Below are positions 61,525-64,000 of a DNA stretch of 64,000 nucleotides, one piece after another. Under the pieces are notes generated by a model. The model saw only the letters and a program-made list of their open reading frames with translations. It ran no database searches and was not told where the DNA came from. Within the stretch, counting starts at the first letter, position 1. Each line of letters opens with the position of its first letter. Origin of the DNA: Nemertoderma westbladi. Lineage: Eukaryota; Animalia; Xenacoelomorpha. The stretch spans positions 44,143 through 108,142 of the forward strand of contig JAUCBJ010009158.1 in assembly GCA_032718475.1 (NCBI GenBank), given 5' to 3'. Position numbers and translations under genes: made by a program.

Positions 61525-63621
61525 CCCCGTCCACGACTACGCTTTCCATGAGTTGGTTGCCAGAGCTCGGCGTTTGTCATGTGTTGTCTCCAGCTGATGT
61601 TTAGGGCTGCCCTTAGTAGTCTTGTGTAGCAACCATCAATTCGTTGTTCAAGTGATTTAGTCAGTGTCCAGGTCTCACCCCCGTATAAAAATACACTTTC
61701 CACTGTGGCTCGAAAGAACTTAGTCTTCAAGTGCCTGGAGAGATCTGATTTCCAGATGGTATCCATTTTTGATAGAGCTACCCAAGCCTTTGCTTTCCTA
61801 ACTTCTATGTCCTTTTTGCTACTCTCTTATCCATGATCCAAGGTACTGGAAGTCGTCGACCTTCCTTAGTTGATTATTATCAATGGTTGTCAAGTTTCCA
61901 TCAACATTAAAGGTCATGAATTCGGTCTTGGTAGCATTTATATGCAATCCAACCTCCTTATTAGCAACCCTCTCCACTTTATTTAGTAGATGCTGTGCAT
62001 CTGCTAGCGTATTAGAGAGCAGGGCGATGTCATCCGCAAAGTCGGTGTCTGTGACTGTAGTTGCCGGATATCTACTACTTCTGCGTTCTTGAAGTGTGAA
62101 TCCCAGATCTTCACCCTTTGTGGCCGTCCTCATTGCGGTATACAGACGTTTCGGCCTAGGACGTTTCGGTCCAGGACGTTTCGGCCCGGACATTTCGGCC
62201 CGGACGATTCGGCCCGGACGATTCGGCCCGGACGTTTCGGCCCATGACTGTAACCGAATGAAAAGGCCAACTTGTTTGATATGATAATAATTATTCATTA
62301 AAATTATAATTATTTCACAATAACATACAAACACTTAATGAAATATCTTTCATGAAATGGCTATTTAATTTATTTAATCAAAATAAAATAAACATTATGC
62401 ATGTGGTGCTCTGCCCCATTATGTTTTGCGGCCGAAAAAATGCAAGTCAGAACAAAACGTTTGGTACCGAGTACCACATTGCTAATAAACTACTAAAGCG
62501 AATCAATTTCACGAACCATTTAGGGCTTAAATCTCGTCTGATCGATATATTTTGGAGATACTTCATTAGTTTAATTAAACATTACTCAATTGATAATTCT
62601 TGTAGCTGGACAGTGTGTTGCAGCTATGTCTTAATGATCTGTTGAAACAATAACTCTCATCTCGATGATAGATGATTTATACCCATAGATAACGACGTAT
62701 AATGCTTTTATTAATACATATTTTATTTCACTTCACATCCACTCTGGTCCTTTTAATACGCATATATTTCCTCTAAATTTAAATTTAATACCCATATATT
62801 TCATCTAAATTTAAATTTAATACGCATATATTTTATCTCATTCCATATGACATCCAGTCTGTCTCATAATTATTAGCAATGCTCCTTTAATGGAATATTT
62901 CTTATCTATTATATTTTTAAGTCTAACATTAAAATACAGTAATAATTTTAATTCGGTGTATTTTAATGTACTTTATTTATTGACTCACATTTTAAAATAC
63001 GTATGTTTTTAACTATTACTTTACCTTTATTACTTTACCTATTACCTTTACTATTACTTACTTTTAACTATCTAACTGTATTAACTAAAGTTAATTTGTC
63101 AGCATATGTTATCTTTGTTCTAAGTTACAGTATGGTGTAAATTTATATTAATAAATAATAATAATAATAATATTACATTAGTTATTATTTATAAATATAA
63201 TGTAGAACTTCGATCTTGACGACTTTCAAACAAGTGTCGGAGCAGTTCCTACTGACAACTCCTCTTGTAACGAACGTAACAACTACAAAACAAATATATT
63301 GAATAACTTATTATTAATAGCTTATTTAAGGGAGTAAAGTGAATCTTTGGGCCAAAACGTCCGACAAGCAAATCTTGTATTTCATTTATTGGGCCGAAAC
63401 GTCCTAGGCCAAAACGTCTTAGACCGAAACGTCTGTTACCCCCTCATTGCGTAATCCAGCACAATTACAAATAGTAATGGTGCTAATGTGTCACCTTGCA
63501 GTACGCCAGCCAGGATTAAGAAAAACTCAGTTTCACCATCTGGTGAGAGTACCTGCGCTTCTGTGTCACAATATAACAATCCAATGCCAGCAACAATTAC
63601 TTCTGGTATTCCATAAGCCAA
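61525..63621 (-). pseudogene. RTE-clade LINE reverse transcriptase fragment, split by a MITE
   Basis: GVLQGDTLAPLLF (63436-63621), DFADDIALL and FQYLGS (61819-62130), ESVFLYGGETW...PTHGKRSRGR (61525-61766). Confidence 0.9.
62137..63441. mobile_element. MULE-type MITE with 9-bp TSD
   Basis: TSD CCTCATTGC at 62128-62136 and 63442-63450; termini GGTATACAGACGTTTCGG / CCGAAACGTCTGTTACCC; tandem GGACGTTTCGGCC subrepeats; removing it restores the RT frame (DYAMR-TATKG). Confidence 0.92.
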
Positions 63622-64000
63622 CAGTATTAACTGTTGTGTTGTTAACTGTGTTGTTGTTGTTAACAGTATTAACTCTGATACAGTATTAACCTTATTACAT
63701 TATGTTACTTTACTTCAGTTCAGTTTCCGTTCTTAGTTACTGCATTACTAAAATTACGCATTGTACATGTACGTAAATAGTTATTAGATAGATAAATTTC
63801 GCAATGAAATGTTTTATTCAAAATTTGAACTAGTGAAATATACTGCAGGCATACATTACAATTTTAAATATAAATTTCTTAACGTTCATAACGTCACACT
63901 TGTTTTAAACTGATCAACATTTTTGACAAACATACGATTAGGACTGTTTTACTATAATCGAATACGTAACTCAAATACTCTCACTGTATATCTATAATAA

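Larger units (their letters stand above)
60662..64000. mobile_element. Long-TIR (foldback/MULE-like) element running past the window end
   Basis: ~60930-61270 is the reverse complement of ~63678-64000; the left end has clustered CACCTCGCCGC / GCGGCGAGGTG subterminal motifs. Confidence 0.78.

Overview
AT-rich eukaryotic (probably invertebrate animal) DNA made almost entirely of nested transposable elements and tandem repeats; no clear host housekeeping gene, RNA gene or CRISPR array was found. Left to right: a young Ty3/Gypsy LTR retrotransposon with apparently identical LTRs and non-canonical CG...CG termini (490-6844); a Glu-rich repetitive ORF; minisatellites; a 100-N gap; a decayed BEL/Pao element split by a TTAA piggyBac-type MITE; a 141-bp satellite split by a TIR element. 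The centrepiece is a head-to-tail pair of rolling-circle-like elements (22115-25954 and 25955-44514), inserted at the heptamer ACTCGGT inside the TIR of a small Harbinger-type MITE. The larger unit encodes a ~2,670-aa protein, broken by one frameshift and one stop, with Cys-rich N-terminus, HUH endonuclease, Pif1-like SF1B helicase and a C-terminal GIY-YIG nuclease. Further right: a Helentron-like non-autonomous element carrying a truncated Gypsy, a LINE split by a second piggyBac-type MITE, a foldback element, and a long-TIR element enclosing an RTE LINE fragment split by a 9-bp-TSD MITE. All family assignments come from motif recognition by eye; no searches were run.
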